Sequence record: OQ067375.1
Strand: one strand, 5' to 3'
DNA from: Escherichia phage a48
DNA length: 64,000 nt
In this document: positions 1-10,136 of the stretch, piece by piece
Position numbering within the stretch: the stretch's first letter is position 1
Layout of the letters: the number at the start of each line of letters is the position of its first letter
Program-made: the position numbers and the translations under genes
Notes under the pieces: model-generated
The model's database searches: none
Told to the model about the DNA's origin: nothing
The model's input: only the letters and a program-made list of their open reading frames with translations

Positions 1-105
1 TTTTAATTGGAGGTTTTCTGGTAAATCAAAAAGTGTTTCTGTTGCAGAAAGATTATATTTTTCTTTAAGAGACGCCATGTATTCTTGTGGAGTTATAGCA
101 GTCAT
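1..105 (-). CDS. 5' end of an unidentified ORF running off the window edge (MTAITPQEYMASLKEKYNLSATETLFDLPENLQLK...)
   Basis: ATG at 103-105 (minus) 2 nt past the regA stop; open to position 1. Does not match the gp43 N-terminus (MKEF...) expected here in T4. Confidence 0.3.
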   Translation of the reverse strand, partial: MTAITPQEYMASLKEKYNLSATETLFDLPENLQLK

Positions 106-106
106 A

Positions 107-475
107 TTAATTACCAATCGTATATTTAGGAACGAGTTTCCATTCATGTTTTTGTTTAAAAGAAATAACTCGGAAGTTATTAGTTAAATCTTTCATAAAA
201 GTTCTTTGACCAGGAACGATTTCAATCAGCCCCCAATCTTCTAACAGCCATGCAATCGAATCACGACGAACTTCATCTTCTTCTGTCATTTCAACTTGAC
301 GGCCATCCATACGAAGCATTTCTTTAAAATGAACGATATAGTATAGTCCTTTTTTCTGAAGAATATGACAGGACTGATACAGAACTTTATCTTTATTATT
401 AGCAATTCCCATACGAGTCAAAGTTTCTTTTACTTTCAGAAAATCTTCAGGTTTTTTAAGAGTAATTTCAATCAT
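107..475 (-). CDS. regA: RegA translational repressor
   Basis: 122 aa; sequence matches T4 RegA as recalled; sits downstream of 62/44/45 as in T4. Confidence 0.93.
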   Translation of the reverse strand: MIEITLKKPEDFLKVKETLTRMGIANNKDKVLYQSCHILQKKGLYYIVHFKEMLRMDGRQVEMTEEDEVRRDSIAWLLEDWGLIEIVPGQRTFMKDLTNNFRVISFKQKHEWKLVPKYTIGN

Positions 476-476
476 T

Positions 477-1040
477 TTACCATTCCAATGCTAGTTTTTT
501 GAGTTGTTTCTGTTCTTTTACGTTCTTAGTCACTTCTTTCAAAAAATCATCCGTGACTAAACCTTTTAGTTCTTTTAATACTAAAGGAAGTTTTCCATTT
601 TTAGTAAGAATTGATTTATAGTTAATTGCATCATTTGTATTAACTTGATACCGCTTAGCAAGTAACTTAATAATCAATACTTCGGTGGAATCTTCAACCA
701 GTTTTGCCCATTTACCATATCTTTTACCACGAGGAACAGCAGCCATTAGATAATTAAAATGAGCTTCATCACTTAATCCAGAACCGATTAAATTCATTGC
801 ATATACAGCTGGCATGCACTCTGGAAATTGTGATAATGCATTTTCAACCATGAATTTTGAATAATCTTTTTGAGCAATAGAGCATTTAGTTTTATTATTA
901 ATAGCTCCAATTATTTCAAAAAACTCATTTTCAGCTTTTTCTTTAAAAGAATCAGCAGCGGATTGGACGGCTGTCCAATCTTTTGAATACCAAGCAACTT
1001 GATGCTCGTTTAATTGAATATCATCTTCAAATAAGCTCAT
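477..1040 (-). CDS. 62: clamp loader small subunit gp62
   Basis: 187 aa from the internal Met [14 protein letters not shown]...; start 2 nt downstream of the gene 44 stop; ORF-track start 1061 is an upstream extension. Confidence 0.9.
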   Translation of the reverse strand: MSLFEDDIQLNEHQVAWYSKDWTAVQSAADSFKEKAENEFFEIIGAINNKTKCSIAQKDYSKFMVENALSQFPECMPAVYAMNLIGSGLSDEAHFNYLMAAVPRGKRYGKWAKLVEDSTEVLIIKLLAKRYQVNTNDAINYKSILTKNGKLPLVLKELKGLVTDDFLKEVTKNVKEQKQLKKLALEW

Positions 1041-1041
1041 A

Positions 1042-2001
1042 TCACTTCCACTGCATTTCACATGCTAACTGAATGAAAAGATAAGCTAGATGCAATTCAG
1101 TATTAGCTGCAATACCATGATACTGATTATTTTCGCCGACAATTTCGTACATACGAATAATACTCTGTGGAGTTACACGTGAATAGATTTCTTCGGCAAG
1201 TTTACCCACGAACCACGAATAATCGGCTGCATATTTTGGTGCTAAAGCTCTGAGTTGTTTAACATCTTTATTTTTGAGAGACTCAAGAACATCATCAATA
1301 GCACCACGATCGTTAGTAACCAGTGATAAAATACCAGCATCCAAAACACCTTTAGATGAATAACTATCGAGCTCGCCAATAGTTTTACGAAAATCAGGAA
1401 AATTCTTTTTAACCAAAGCTGCTACAACTTTCATATCAGCTATAGCAATTCCTTCATGCTTACAGATTTCAGTCAATCGACGAATCATCTGCTTCATCAT
1501 TTCAATTTTATCTTCATCGGTCGGTTGACCGAACGTAATAACTCGGCAGCGTGACTGAAGTGGTTTAATAATACCATCAATATTGTTAGCAGTAATAATA
1601 ATACTACAGTTTGAACTATAAGCTTCCATAAAGGAACGAAGATGTCGCTGAGATTCTGCTAAACCTGAACGGTCAAATTCATCAATAACGATTACTTTTT
1701 GACGACCATCAAATGAAGCTGCACTAGCAAAATTAGTCAAAGGACCACGAACGAAATCAATTTTACAGTCTGATCCATTCACAAACATCATATCAGCATT
1801 TACATCATGACACAATGCTTTTGCTACAGTTGTTTTACCTGTTCCTGGAGAAGGAGAATGAAGAATAATATGTGGAATCTTACCTTTACTTGTAATAGAT
1901 TTAAAGGTTTCTTTATCAAAGGCGGGAAGAATACATTCATCGATAGTAGATGGACGATATTTCTGTTCAAGAATGTGTTCTTTTTCATTTACGGTAATCA
2001 T
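1042..2001 (-). CDS. 44: clamp loader large subunit gp44 (AAA+ ATPase)
   Basis: 319 aa from MITVNEKEH...; Walker [11 protein letters not shown], Walker B VIVIDEFD; ATG verified at 1999-2001. Confidence 0.93.
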
Positions 2002-2034
2002 AATTTCCTCATTCAAGTTTTAGTGTAAATTATA

Positions 2035-2050
2035 AAGGGCCGAAGCCCTC
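2035..2050 (-). other. UUCG-tetraloop hairpin 3' of gene 45
   Basis: Minus-strand RNA GGGC-UUCG-GCCC between the gene 45 stop and the gene 44 start. Confidence 0.5.
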
Positions 2051-2052
2051 TA

Positions 2053-2739
2053 TTAAAAATCATGGGTAGAATCAGCTTCAAGAGCTACTACATAATTCGC
2101 ATGTTCACCTTCAAATTTAGCAGCGCCTTGTTTACCTTTTGCCCAAAGCAGAAGTTTATAATTTCCTGGTTGCATTTTCATATTTGCCATATTGATAATG
2201 AAATTAAATGTGTTTTCACCATCATAATCACCAAGAGTCAAAGAATATTTAACACGAGTCAAAGCAGAATCTTCTACTTTATTAAAACCGTTAATTACGA
2301 TTTTACCTTCTTTTACTGTGATAGCAATTGTATCAATCTGCAGACCGCGAGATACACGCAACAGCTGTTGAAGGTCTTCAGCTTTAATTTCGGTAACAAC
2401 AGATGCTACCGGGAATGGAATTGGTTTATTAGGAGCAACTACTGTACTCGGATCGGCTGCTGGCCAAAAAATTGTTGAACGGGCATCAGCAATTTTAATA
2501 TTTCCATCTTCTGACTGGGAAATTTCTGCATCATCATTAACTAGAGACAGAATACCGAGAAAACCGTTCAAATCGTAAATTGCTACATCAAAATCAATAG
2601 TGTCAGAAATATTTGCTTCCGCGTAAGTTGTACCATTAACTGCGCGAGTCATAATAAATTGACCGGATTTAAGCATAATACCAGAGTTAATAGTAGCGAA
2701 ATTTTTGAGCAGAGCAGTAGTATCTTTAGACAGTTTCAT
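2053..2739 (-). CDS. 45: sliding clamp gp45
   Basis: 228 aa; matches T4 gp45 in sequence and position. Confidence 0.93.
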   Translation of the reverse strand: MKLSKDTTALLKNFATINSGIMLKSGQFIMTRAVNGTTYAEANISDTIDFDVAIYDLNGFLGILSLVNDDAEISQSEDGNIKIADARSTIFWPAADPSTVVAPNKPIPFPVASVVTEIKAEDLQQLLRVSRGLQIDTIAITVKEGKIVINGFNKVEDSALTRVKYSLTLGDYDGENTFNFIINMANMKMQPGNYKLLLWAKGKQGAAKFEGEHANYVVALEADSTHDF

Positions 2740-2794
2740 GTAATTTCCTTCAATTCAAATGAGATTTAATTTTATAACTAATTTAATAAAGCAA

Positions 2795-3184
2795 TTAACG
2801 ATTAAAATCAGCCGCAATTGTTTCCGCAACAATTTGAGCAGCAACAATTAGACGTTCATCTGCATTACCGCAATAATCATCTTCAAGACGTTCACCACAT
2901 GAAGTCATAATAAATTTAGCACCGGCGTTTAGGGATTCTGTAGTATGTTTGCGCATTAGTTCAATCCATTTATTACTTACTTCACGATCGATAGCTTCAT
3001 AATACGCATGACGAGCAGGTGCAGATTTAATTTTGTTCTGAATAACTTCCATTGCGTTATCAGAAAGAGACAAAACCCATGCTCGACGAATTTTATTTTG
3101 GTTTTGTGGATTTGATTCAGAACGCACGTGTTTTGGCTGAATATCTTTTACATCAACAGTATAATTCACAGTAATTTTAGTCAT
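2795..3184 (-). CDS. rpbA: RNA polymerase-binding protein RpbA (by position and size)
   Basis: 129 aa ORF between 45 and 45.2/46, as in T4. Confidence 0.65.
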
Positions 3185-3193
3185 AATACACCT

Positions 3194-3382
3194 TTAGTCA
3201 TAATAATCAGTAACAGTCCAAGCTTCATTTCTATTGGACATTATTTTTGTATATTCTGCTTTAAATGCATTCCTAAGCATAGATTCAGTAACTATATGCT
3301 CTTCATTAGAAAAATTATTTCTCAGAATATATCGTTTTATTTCAGGAATAGTTAATAGATGCTGTCCAGTTGAATATTCCAT
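3194..3382 (-). CDS. small hypothetical protein (45.2 position)
   Basis: 62 aa ORF tightly packed between rpbA and 46. Confidence 0.5.
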   Translation of the reverse strand: MEYSTGQHLLTIPEIKRYILRNNFSNEEHIVTESMLRNAFKAEYTKIMSNRNEAWTVTDYYD

Positions 3383-3437
3383 GTTTTTCCTCCATAGAGA
3401 TTATACTCTAATAAATTAAAGCATAATCTCTTATAAA

Positions 3438-5120
3438 TTAAACCATTACAGTAAATCGACCAACTTTCTTCATTTGAAGATGCTGACCGTATGCTTGCGG
3501 GTCATGGTCTCTATGTGAAATAACAAAAACGTTAGTATTTTTTAAACTATCTAAAATAATTGAAATAGCTTTTACACCTTCAACGTCGGTCGCTGAATCA
3601 AAAACTTCGTCAAGAATTAACGTGTTTATTTTAACACCTGAAACTTTTTCAGCAATATCACGCCAAGTAAATAAAAGAGCAATATCAATTCGTGCTTTTT
3701 CACCTTGACTGAATGAAGCATAACTAAAATCTTCGCGACCACGGGATTTAATTGTCTCATTAAATTCTTCATCTAATGTAAACACATAATCCGCTTCCAT
3801 TATTTTAAGATAATGGTTAATCTGCTTATTAAATAATGGAATGTACTTTTTAATAATAGCACCTTTAATACCAGAATCTTTGAGCATATCAGTCAAAATT
3901 CCTCGGTGGTATTTTTCCATTACTAAATTAGTTTTTGTCTTAACAATTTTATCAAGTTCTTCTTGAAGCAGTGCTATTTCATCAGCATGGTCAATAAACT
4001 CAGAAGATGCTTTTTCTATAGCCGCTTTAACTTTTTTAGCTTTATCTACCGTCGTGATTAGAGATTGCTTTTTATTGCGGATATCATTTGCCAACGACTG
4101 TTGGGTTTTAATATTATCTCGGTATTCATCAACAAGAACTTTTAAATTATCACGATGCGTTGAAAGCTGTTCAAATGAATGTGTGCATTCAGAAACTTTA
4201 TCTTTAATTTTGGAAACAACTTTATCACCGGAACTCAATTGCGACAAACAGGTTGGACATAATCCACCTTCGTGATACATATTAATGACTTTATTATACG
4301 AGTCAATTTTTGATTTAATTAAAACTGCTTCTTGACCGATTTTATTAAATGCATCAGTCGGGTCTTCGTCTAAAACAATATTAACTAATCTTTCGTTAGC
4401 TTCTTCTATTTCCGATTTTAGCGTTCTAGCTTCTTTTGCCAAATCATCATACATATTTTGCAGACGAGTAAGGTTGTCACCAGTTAATTTTTTCTGGCGT
4501 TCAACATTATCATTATATATTTTAATTTGTTGGATAATACTATCTTTTTTAACATCAAGCACTTGGTTTTGTGAATTTAATTCACGTATTAGTGCTTTAT
4601 TAAGCTTATCCATTTCAGCTAATGTTCCTACCTCAAGCAGGTCTTCCACAAGCTTTCTTCGCGCAGGGGTCGACAAACCCATGAAAGGGGTATACCCTGC
4701 TGTACCAAGGACAACAATCTGCTTGAAACTGGCATATGACATTCCGATAAGCTGTTCAAATTCTGCTTGGAAATCTTTACTGCTGGCAGATTCATTAAGA
4801 CGTGTACCGTTAACGGTGATTTCGAAAACGTTTGGTTTTTGTCCTCTTTTGATATAGTACTTTTTCTCATCATATTCCATCCACAGTTCAACTAAAAGTT
4901 CTTTCTTATTTGTGCTGTTTATTAATTGACCTTTCTTTACATCACGAAATGGCTTGCCAAAAAGCCCAAACGTGATGGCTTCTAGCATAGTAGACTTACC
5001 ACCGCCATTTCGTCCAGTAATAAGAGTTTTTTGAACCTTATCTAATTGAATGTCAATAGGATTTCCACCTACTGACATTATATTTTGATACCTAACTCGG
5101 TTTAGTTTAAAATTCTTCAC
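3438..5120 (-). CDS. 46: recombination endonuclease subunit gp46 (Rad50/SbcC-like ATPase)
   Basis: 560 aa; N-terminal P-loop GRNGGGKST, long coiled-coil middle, CxxC zinc hook, C-terminal ABC signature/D-loop. Confidence 0.92.
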   Translation of the reverse strand: MKNFKLNRVRYQNIMSVGGNPIDIQLDKVQKTLITGRNGGGKSTMLEAITFGLFGKPFRDVKKGQLINSTNKKELLVELWMEYDEKKYYIKRGQKPNVFEITVNGTRLNESASSKDFQAEFEQLIGMSYASFKQIVVLGTAGYTPFMGLSTPARRKLVEDLLEVGTLAEMDKLNKALIRELNSQNQVLDVKKDSIIQQIKIYNDNVERQKKLTGDNLTRLQNMYDDLAKEARTLKSEIEEANERLVNIVLDEDPTDAFNKIGQEAVLIKSKIDSYNKVINMYHEGGLCPTCLSQLSSGDKVVSKIKDKVSECTHSFEQLSTHRDNLKVLVDEYRDNIKTQQSLANDIRNKKQSLITTVDKAKKVKAAIEKASSEFIDHADEIALLQEELDKIVKTKTNLVMEKYHRGILTDMLKDSGIKGAIIKKYIPLFNKQINHYLKIMEADYVFTLDEEFNETIKSRGREDFSYASFSQGEKARIDIALLFTWRDIAEKVSGVKINTLILDEVFDSATDVEGVKAISIILDSLKNTNVFVISHRDHDPQAYGQHLQMKKVGRFTVMV

Positions 5121-5332
5121 AAAAGATTCCTTTTAATGTATCTTTTAGACCATTCTATCATATCATCATAATCTAAAAAGTATTCATCAAATTCAGCCAT
5201 GCAAACAACGCCTTGTGCTGTTTTTGATGTAATATAAATTATTCCAACATATCTAGAATCTTCTTCGGTATAATCAATGTTTGCTATGAATTCATCATTA
5301 ATGTCAAATGTCGAAAACTTCACAGTATGCAT
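5117..5332 (-). CDS. small hypothetical protein (46.1 position)
   Basis: ORF 5117-5380 trimmed to the internal ATG at 5330-5332; 4-nt overlap with the gene 46 start. Confidence 0.45.
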   Translation of the reverse strand: MHTVKFSTFDINDEFIANIDYTEEDSRYVGIIYITSKTAQGVVCMAEFDEYFLDYDDMIEWSKRYIKRNLL

Positions 5333-5567
5333 CCTTAATACAAGATACAGCCATATCTCGCAATGATTTAGGTGTGTCATTATCTAAAATGTTGAAGTTA
5401 AAAGATACAGCCCAGTCAGTGCAGACCGTAACCTTTTTAATACAATTATCTTCAACTTCTAGCGGTTCAAACCAGTATTCAATAATTTCTTTATGACCAA
5501 TATCATCTTTTACTTCACATTCAAAATGCTGACTCATCATAACATTTTTAAATTCATCAAAAGTCAT
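5304..5567 (-). CDS. small hypothetical protein (46.2 position)
   Basis: 87 aa ORF; ATGA-type overlap with the gene 47 stop. Confidence 0.45.
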   Translation of the reverse strand: MTFDEFKNVMMSQHFECEVKDDIGHKEIIEYWFEPLEVEDNCIKKVTVCTDWAVSFNFNILDNDTPKSLRDMAVSCIKDAYCEVFDI

Positions 5568-6583
5568 TGTGTTGCCTCTACATATAGCTGGTTTGCATAT
5601 TGAATAAGTGCTTCACGGTCAGAATCAGTGATGTCTGGAATTGCATTAATATACTCTTCCATTAATGTCTGAAGCGATTGAACTTCAACTTCTTCACTGT
5701 CATCTGACTCTACAGAGTTATCAATCTTTGACACAACTCGTAATGAATGCACAACTTTTTCTAATTCAGATTCGAACTTCGTCAGATTTTTGTCTACTTC
5801 AGTTACTATAACACGTACTGATAGATTTGTAAAATCTTTATAGTCAATTTTTCCTTTAAATGGATAATGAATTCTACGATGCCAGGTAGTATTGTTTGGA
5901 ATAAATTCCATTCGTTCTGTTTCTGTATCAAACATCCAGAATCCGCGAGGGTCATTCTCGTCACCTGCAGTTAGTGTCCATGGTGTCCCAATATATCTGA
6001 CGTTAGCAGCCTCAGAGATAGTATGGAAGTGACCAGACCACACTTCTTTATAAGTCTTAAGGAAATCAGGTTCAAGACCGTGAGATTTCATTCCTTTATA
6101 AAAATAAAATCCATTCAGTTCCCAGTGACCAACACAAAAAGAAGCAGATGAAGTTTTGATGTGCTCAAGAATTTCACCAGTATTTTCTTCGCACATCCAA
6201 GGAATTAAATCAATCAAACATCCGTCAAAATCTACTGTAGTAGGCTTATCATATACTTTAACATTAGGATATTTAGCCAAAAGCTCAGTAGAGGCATTTG
6301 GAGTTAAAGTATTTTTAAAGTGCATATCATGGTTTCCTACAATAGTATGTAGGGTAATACCAGCATCATCAAGCATTTGAACTATTTCACGAGCGAACTC
6401 CATAGTTTTATGCGTGATTGCTTTTCGCACATCAAAAATATCGCCGTATTGAATCCAGGTAGTAATTCCATTTTTCTTAGAATATTCTATCGCTTGCTTA
6501 ATTCCATCCAACTGAATGGATTGAACCCACTCATCATCGGCTTTAACGCCTAAATGCCAATCACCTAAATTTAAAATTTTCAT
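5564..6583 (-). CDS. 47: recombination endonuclease subunit gp47 (Mre11/SbcD-like phosphoesterase)
   Basis: 339 aa; phosphoesterase motifs GDWHLG, GDIFD, GNHD, GHFH. Confidence 0.92.
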   Translation of the reverse strand: MKILNLGDWHLGVKADDEWVQSIQLDGIKQAIEYSKKNGITTWIQYGDIFDVRKAITHKTMEFAREIVQMLDDAGITLHTIVGNHDMHFKNTLTPNASTELLAKYPNVKVYDKPTTVDFDGCLIDLIPWMCEENTGEILEHIKTSSASFCVGHWELNGFYFYKGMKSHGLEPDFLKTYKEVWSGHFHTISEAANVRYIGTPWTLTAGDENDPRGFWMFDTETERMEFIPNNTTWHRRIHYPFKGKIDYKDFTNLSVRVIVTEVDKNLTKFESELEKVVHSLRVVSKIDNSVESDDSEEVEVQSLQTLMEEYINAIPDITDSDREALIQYANQLYVEATQ

Positions 6584-6720
6584 ATATCAAGAACCGTCAT
6601 TGAAATGTAAAATAAAATTATTGAAATAAATCCATCTGGAGTGCTAAAGAACCCAATCCAACATGCTCTAGTGAATAGATAAAATGCAAGAAAAAGTATC
6701 ACATATCCAAGAAATATCAT
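6580..6720 (-). CDS. 46-aa hydrophobic peptide (47.1 position)
   Basis: Hand-translated MIFLGYVILFLAFYLFTRACWIGFFSTPDGFISIILFYISMTVLDI; stop overlaps the gene 47 ATG; below the ORF-track length cutoff. Confidence 0.4.
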   Translation of the reverse strand: MIFLGYVILFLAFYLFTRACWIGFFSTPDGFISIILFYISMTVLDI

Positions 6721-6744
6721 TATATCAAACTCCGTATAAAGCTA

Positions 6745-6761
6745 AAGGGCCGAAGCCCTTT
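6745..6761 (-). other. UUCG-tetraloop hairpin at the a-gt stop
   Basis: AAAGGGC-UUCG-GCCCUUU on the minus-strand RNA, overlapping the a-gt stop codon. Confidence 0.5.
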
Positions 6762-7962
6762 ATTTTGTAATAATGTCAAACTGTTCTTTAAAGCAGAAGC
6801 TTGAATCTTGATGCTGATACAAAAATTCATATGCTTTTTCTCGCTCACGGTCATAAAGAGCTCGATCAGATGACAATTCTTTAATACGTTCAAATGTTGA
6901 TTCCATGTCATTTTCATCAAACCAAATGATACCGCTATCATGCGAGGTCAAAGGAGTATTATCAACGCGGAATTTCAAATTATCACCCGTTGATTTCCAA
7001 AATACCGGAATTGTTCCACATGCACCAAGCTCGAGATGAGTATATTCTAAAGAACGCTGTAGATATTTTTTATCCAACTTACTCAACTGATAACCAAATC
7101 CGGATTTACTCATACGCTCAAGCATTTCGCTATTTACATAACGGTCAAGAATTTGCGTTGGCAAATTAGGAGCAATTTTAATTTGGTCTACTTGATGAAG
7201 ACGATAATACTCATATGGAATTCCTTTTTCTTTAATAGGAATGAACGCTGGAGAACGTTCCAGACCTTCCATAATAGTACTTAGTCCTGCAGGTTTAAGA
7301 TGTTTTTCATGAAAATCAAACATCTGATAAAAACCTTTCCATGTAGTCGTACGACCAATCCAGCGGTTGATATTCATGTTAATTTCAGAAACATCTTTCC
7401 AGTAGGTTGACCGAACCCTCGCAATATCCATAGGAGGCTGAAAGTTGTATACGGTCGGTGCTTCTTCAATATCATCAAACAGAGAAACAGTTTCTGGATA
7501 CCATTCTTTCATCAGAACTTTATTAAAATCACCATTATCAGAATGACTAAAAATAACATCAGCTCGACGAACAGTTTCTTCTAATCCCAAATTTCGACGC
7601 AAAGAAAGAGAAGAATGGTCATGTTGATAAACTACAACACGAACAGAAGGTTTAATGTTATCAATAATTTTTTTATAGTTATTAATAGTGTCTTCTTCAA
7701 CTGAAGTAGCAGGAACTGAATTGATAATTAGAATATCACAATCATTTACCAGCTTAAGTGTTTTATCGTATTCTTTTGCCAATAAAACCGGAATTGAAAA
7801 TGATTTATAATCATGCGCGCAATTACGAGTAAATGATTTATCTTTAGCATAAACCAAAGTTACTTCATGACCATTTTTAATAAACCAATCACGTTGCTCA
7901 AGAGAAAATTTAGTTACACCACAACCTTCAAGACCTCGAGCCATAAAAATACATACTTTCAT
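6760..7962 (-). CDS. a-gt: DNA alpha-glucosyltransferase
   Basis: 400 aa; sequence matches T4 alpha-glucosyltransferase as recalled; position after 47. Confidence 0.85.
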   Translation of the reverse strand: MKVCIFMARGLEGCGVTKFSLEQRDWFIKNGHEVTLVYAKDKSFTRNCAHDYKSFSIPVLLAKEYDKTLKLVNDCDILIINSVPATSVEEDTINNYKKIIDNIKPSVRVVVYQHDHSSLSLRRNLGLEETVRRADVIFSHSDNGDFNKVLMKEWYPETVSLFDDIEEAPTVYNFQPPMDIARVRSTYWKDVSEINMNINRWIGRTTTWKGFYQMFDFHEKHLKPAGLSTIMEGLERSPAFIPIKEKGIPYEYYRLHQVDQIKIAPNLPTQILDRYVNSEMLERMSKSGFGYQLSKLDKKYLQRSLEYTHLELGACGTIPVFWKSTGDNLKFRVDNTPLTSHDSGIIWFDENDMESTFERIKELSSDRALYDREREKAYEFLYQHQDSSFCFKEQFDIITK

Positions 7963-8014
7963 TTAATATCCTCATTGTTTTGGTTTATTTTACCAAAAAT
8001 TTATAAAGCAATAT

Positions 8015-8030
8015 AGGAGCCGAAGCTCCT
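8015..8030 (-). other. UUCG-tetraloop hairpin
   Basis: GGAGC-UUCG-GCUCC on the minus-strand RNA. Confidence 0.45.
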
Positions 8031-8202
8031 ATCCGCATAATACGCCATACAAAGGCTCATTAGAGCTTCTAAATTTTATGCGCTTATATGTTATAGTTCC
8101 TTCTGCTTTAGCTTTATCATGAGACTCTTTAAAGCGTCTCATCATTTCCTCTTTAGAGGAACGAATTTTATTATAATCTATTTCAGAAGTCTGGGTGTTC
8201 AT
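8029..8202 (-). CDS. small hypothetical protein
   Basis: 57-aa hand-found ORF (MNTQTSEIDYNKIRSS...) whose stop lies inside a stem-loop. Confidence 0.3.
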   Translation of the reverse strand: MNTQTSEIDYNKIRSSKEEMMRRFKESHDKAKAEGTITYKRIKFRSSNEPLYGVLCG

Positions 8203-8205
8203 CTT

Positions 8206-8412
8206 TCATAACTGCCACCATTTTTTAACTTGATAAGAATCAACCCACACTTTCATATTAGGGTCTGCTCTTACAATAGGAGGATTAACTTCTTTAATTG
8301 AACTATCACGGTATTCTTTTTCAGAAATTTTCACACAAAGATGACCATTCAAAGATTCAGTAAATCCTGCATTAATTTTAAGACGCTTGAATTTTACGTG
8401 TGTAAGCATCAA
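8206..8412 (-). CDS. small hypothetical protein (a-gt.x)
   Basis: 68 aa ORF; overlaps the stop of the upstream ORF. Confidence 0.4.
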   Translation of the reverse strand: MMLTHVKFKRLKINAGFTESLNGHLCVKISEKEYRDSSIKEVNPPIVRADPNMKVWVDSYQVKKWWQL

Positions 8413-8695
8413 TCATATCCTCAATCTGCGATCTAGTAGTCTTCCAAAGAATACTAATGAGTTCATCGTTATATGGCTGTTTTAGAATATCCCGACTTTT
8501 CTTGATAGCATATTCGTATTGAGCAAAATTATTATTTTCAGCTGCAATCTGAGCGTGCTTATAAAGACGATTCAGTTCGCGTTTGTTTTTAGACAATAAC
8601 TTATTTGCTTTTCTTTCTGCTTCAAGACGGTTCTTTTCTTCAATAGAAGAAATAAGCTTTTCCACTTCATCATTAATTTCGGGTTTATCAGTCAT
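8378..8695 (-). CDS. hypothetical protein (a-gt.x)
   Basis: 105 aa ORF, charged/helical composition. Confidence 0.5.
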   Translation of the reverse strand: MTDKPEINDEVEKLISSIEEKNRLEAERKANKLLSKNKRELNRLYKHAQIAAENNNFAQYEYAIKKSRDILKQPYNDELISILWKTTRSQIEDMIDAYTRKIQAS

Positions 8696-8696
8696 A

Positions 8697-8915
8697 TTAT
8701 TTCTCTAATATAAAATAAAAATCATCATCTGTTAAATGATACCGATAGTTTAATTCTACACCATTAGATTTAAAAGCGGTATCATACGGATTTTCTGGAT
8801 CAATATCAATGTCAAGAGCTAAAACTTCCCTGAGATACATTTTAAGTAAATAGGGAATAGCTTCAACTTCGGGTATTTCTTCCAAGAATCCGGAGAGGTT
8901 AATCGTTAGCCTCAT
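8697..8915 (-). CDS. small hypothetical protein
   Basis: 72 aa ORF immediately downstream of gene 55. Confidence 0.5.
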
Positions 8916-9456
8916 ATAAAAAATCCAAACTAGGAGAATCGTCTACAACACTTTTCTTTTCAGCCCCCGGTGTTCTATAGGTTGATTCTTCGTAATGCGT
9001 CATTTTATCGTAGATGTCTTGAATAAAAGTTTCATCTACTAACGCAACCATATCGTCGTCACGGCTGTCATAGACATTGTGAACGAAGTAACTATATTTC
9101 TTTGCAACTTCCTTACGTTCTTTTTTAATACGTTGGACGAATGCATTAAAACAAGCTTGAGTTATATACGCATGTGGGTTTTTATATTTCGTTTCATCAA
9201 AATTGTGAAGCCCCTTAATAGAAGCTTCTATACCATCTGCAATCATTTCTTGTTTCCAAGACTGGGTGTATCCTGAAAAGTTGAAACGTTTAGATAAGCC
9301 TTCTGCAATAAGCATAATGGCTAATCCGATAGTATCATTCTGACGAACTACTTTATTTGGGTCTTTATTATTTGCTAATTCTGTTTTCCAATCAATAATA
9401 GCTTGTAAAAGCTCTTTATTGTTTACGTAATTATATTTAGGCTTAGTTTCTGACAT
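8899..9456 (-). CDS. 55: late-transcription sigma factor gp55
   Basis: 185 aa from [20 protein letters not shown]...; ATG verified at 9454-9456 (the track's first codon is GTG). Confidence 0.9.
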
Positions 9457-9485
9457 TTTCACCTCTTAGCTCAATTCATAGATCT

Positions 9486-9521
9486 ATTATATCATAATAT
9501 TTGAAGATCTATCTTAAAGCA
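9486..9521 (-). promoter_or_regulatory. candidate middle (MotA-type) promoter upstream of gene 55
   Basis: TGCTTTA MotA-box-like element and a TATAAT/TATGAT -10 on the minus strand; spacing is not ideal. Confidence 0.25.
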
Positions 9522-9538
9522 CAGAGGATGAATCAATT

Positions 9539-9754
9539 TCAAGCATTCATCAGCTTAGCCGCTCCAAGAGCTGTATCTAGTGAATCAAATTGGTCAACAT
9601 ATTCAATCAATTCGCCGTAATTAGCATATAACCACCATTGGCTAAATTCATACTCAAGGATGAATCCGTTTCCTTCAATTTGAGTTAAACCAATGCCATT
9701 TGTATTTACTTCATATCCAGCAAGACGCAAATCGTTAATAAGAGCTTCGTTCAT
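9539..9754 (-). CDS. small hypothetical protein (55.1 position)
   Basis: 71 aa ORF. Confidence 0.5.
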   Translation of the reverse strand: MNEALINDLRLAGYEVNTNGIGLTQIEGNGFILEYEFSQWWLYANYGELIEYVDQFDSLDTALGAAKLMNA

Positions 9755-9756
9755 AA

Positions 9757-10083
9757 TTATACCTTAGTAATTTTCAGGTCTGCAAATTTTTTCTTGCGTT
9801 GATTTTTCATACGACGAATAGTCTTATCGGAAATTTCATGCTTTTGATAAGCTTTAGATTCTACACCAAAAGCTTTAACATCAAATTCTGACAAGATATA
9901 TTGAACCAACAATTCACGGATAGTATTGCGTCCAATCTTCTGATCATTCTGTTTCATCATCTGATGAAGCTCTTTTTCCCATTTATCCAAAATTTGAGGA
10001 GTTACAATATCGCCTTTTTCTAGCAAAGAAACTACTTTATCATATGCGTAAGAATTGATGGCGTTTTTAATTTGAATAGTCAT
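9757..10083 (-). CDS. hypothetical protein (55.2 position)
   Basis: 108 aa ORF, basic C-terminus. Confidence 0.5.
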   Translation of the reverse strand: MTIQIKNAINSYAYDKVVSLLEKGDIVTPQILDKWEKELHQMMKQNDQKIGRNTIRELLVQYILSEFDVKAFGVESKAYQKHEISDKTIRRMKNQRKKKFADLKITKV

Positions 10084-10122
10084 ACATTATCCTCAATTAC
10101 GTTAAAATTTTATTATCCAAAA

Positions 10123-10136
10123 AGGGCCGAAGCCCT
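10123..10136 (-). other. UUCG-tetraloop hairpin
   Basis: AGGGC-UUCG-GCCCU on the minus-strand RNA, directly after the stop of the 10136-10336 ORF. Confidence 0.45.

Noticed and set aside
1807-2478. Plus-strand ORFs of 73 and 138 aa overlapping genes 44 and 45
   Set aside because: They are antisense to well-supported minus-strand genes, have low-complexity Phe/Ile-rich translations typical of shadow frames in AT-rich DNA, and lack promoter or RBS context.
4054-4891. Several short ORFs on both strands inside gene 46
   Set aside because: All lie within the continuous 560-aa Rad50-like gp46 frame; alternative-frame artefacts.
6720-6941. 73-aa minus-strand ORF overlapping the 3' end of a-gt
   Set aside because: It is out of frame within the a-gt coding sequence; the 46-aa ORF at 6580-6720 is the more plausible small gene here.
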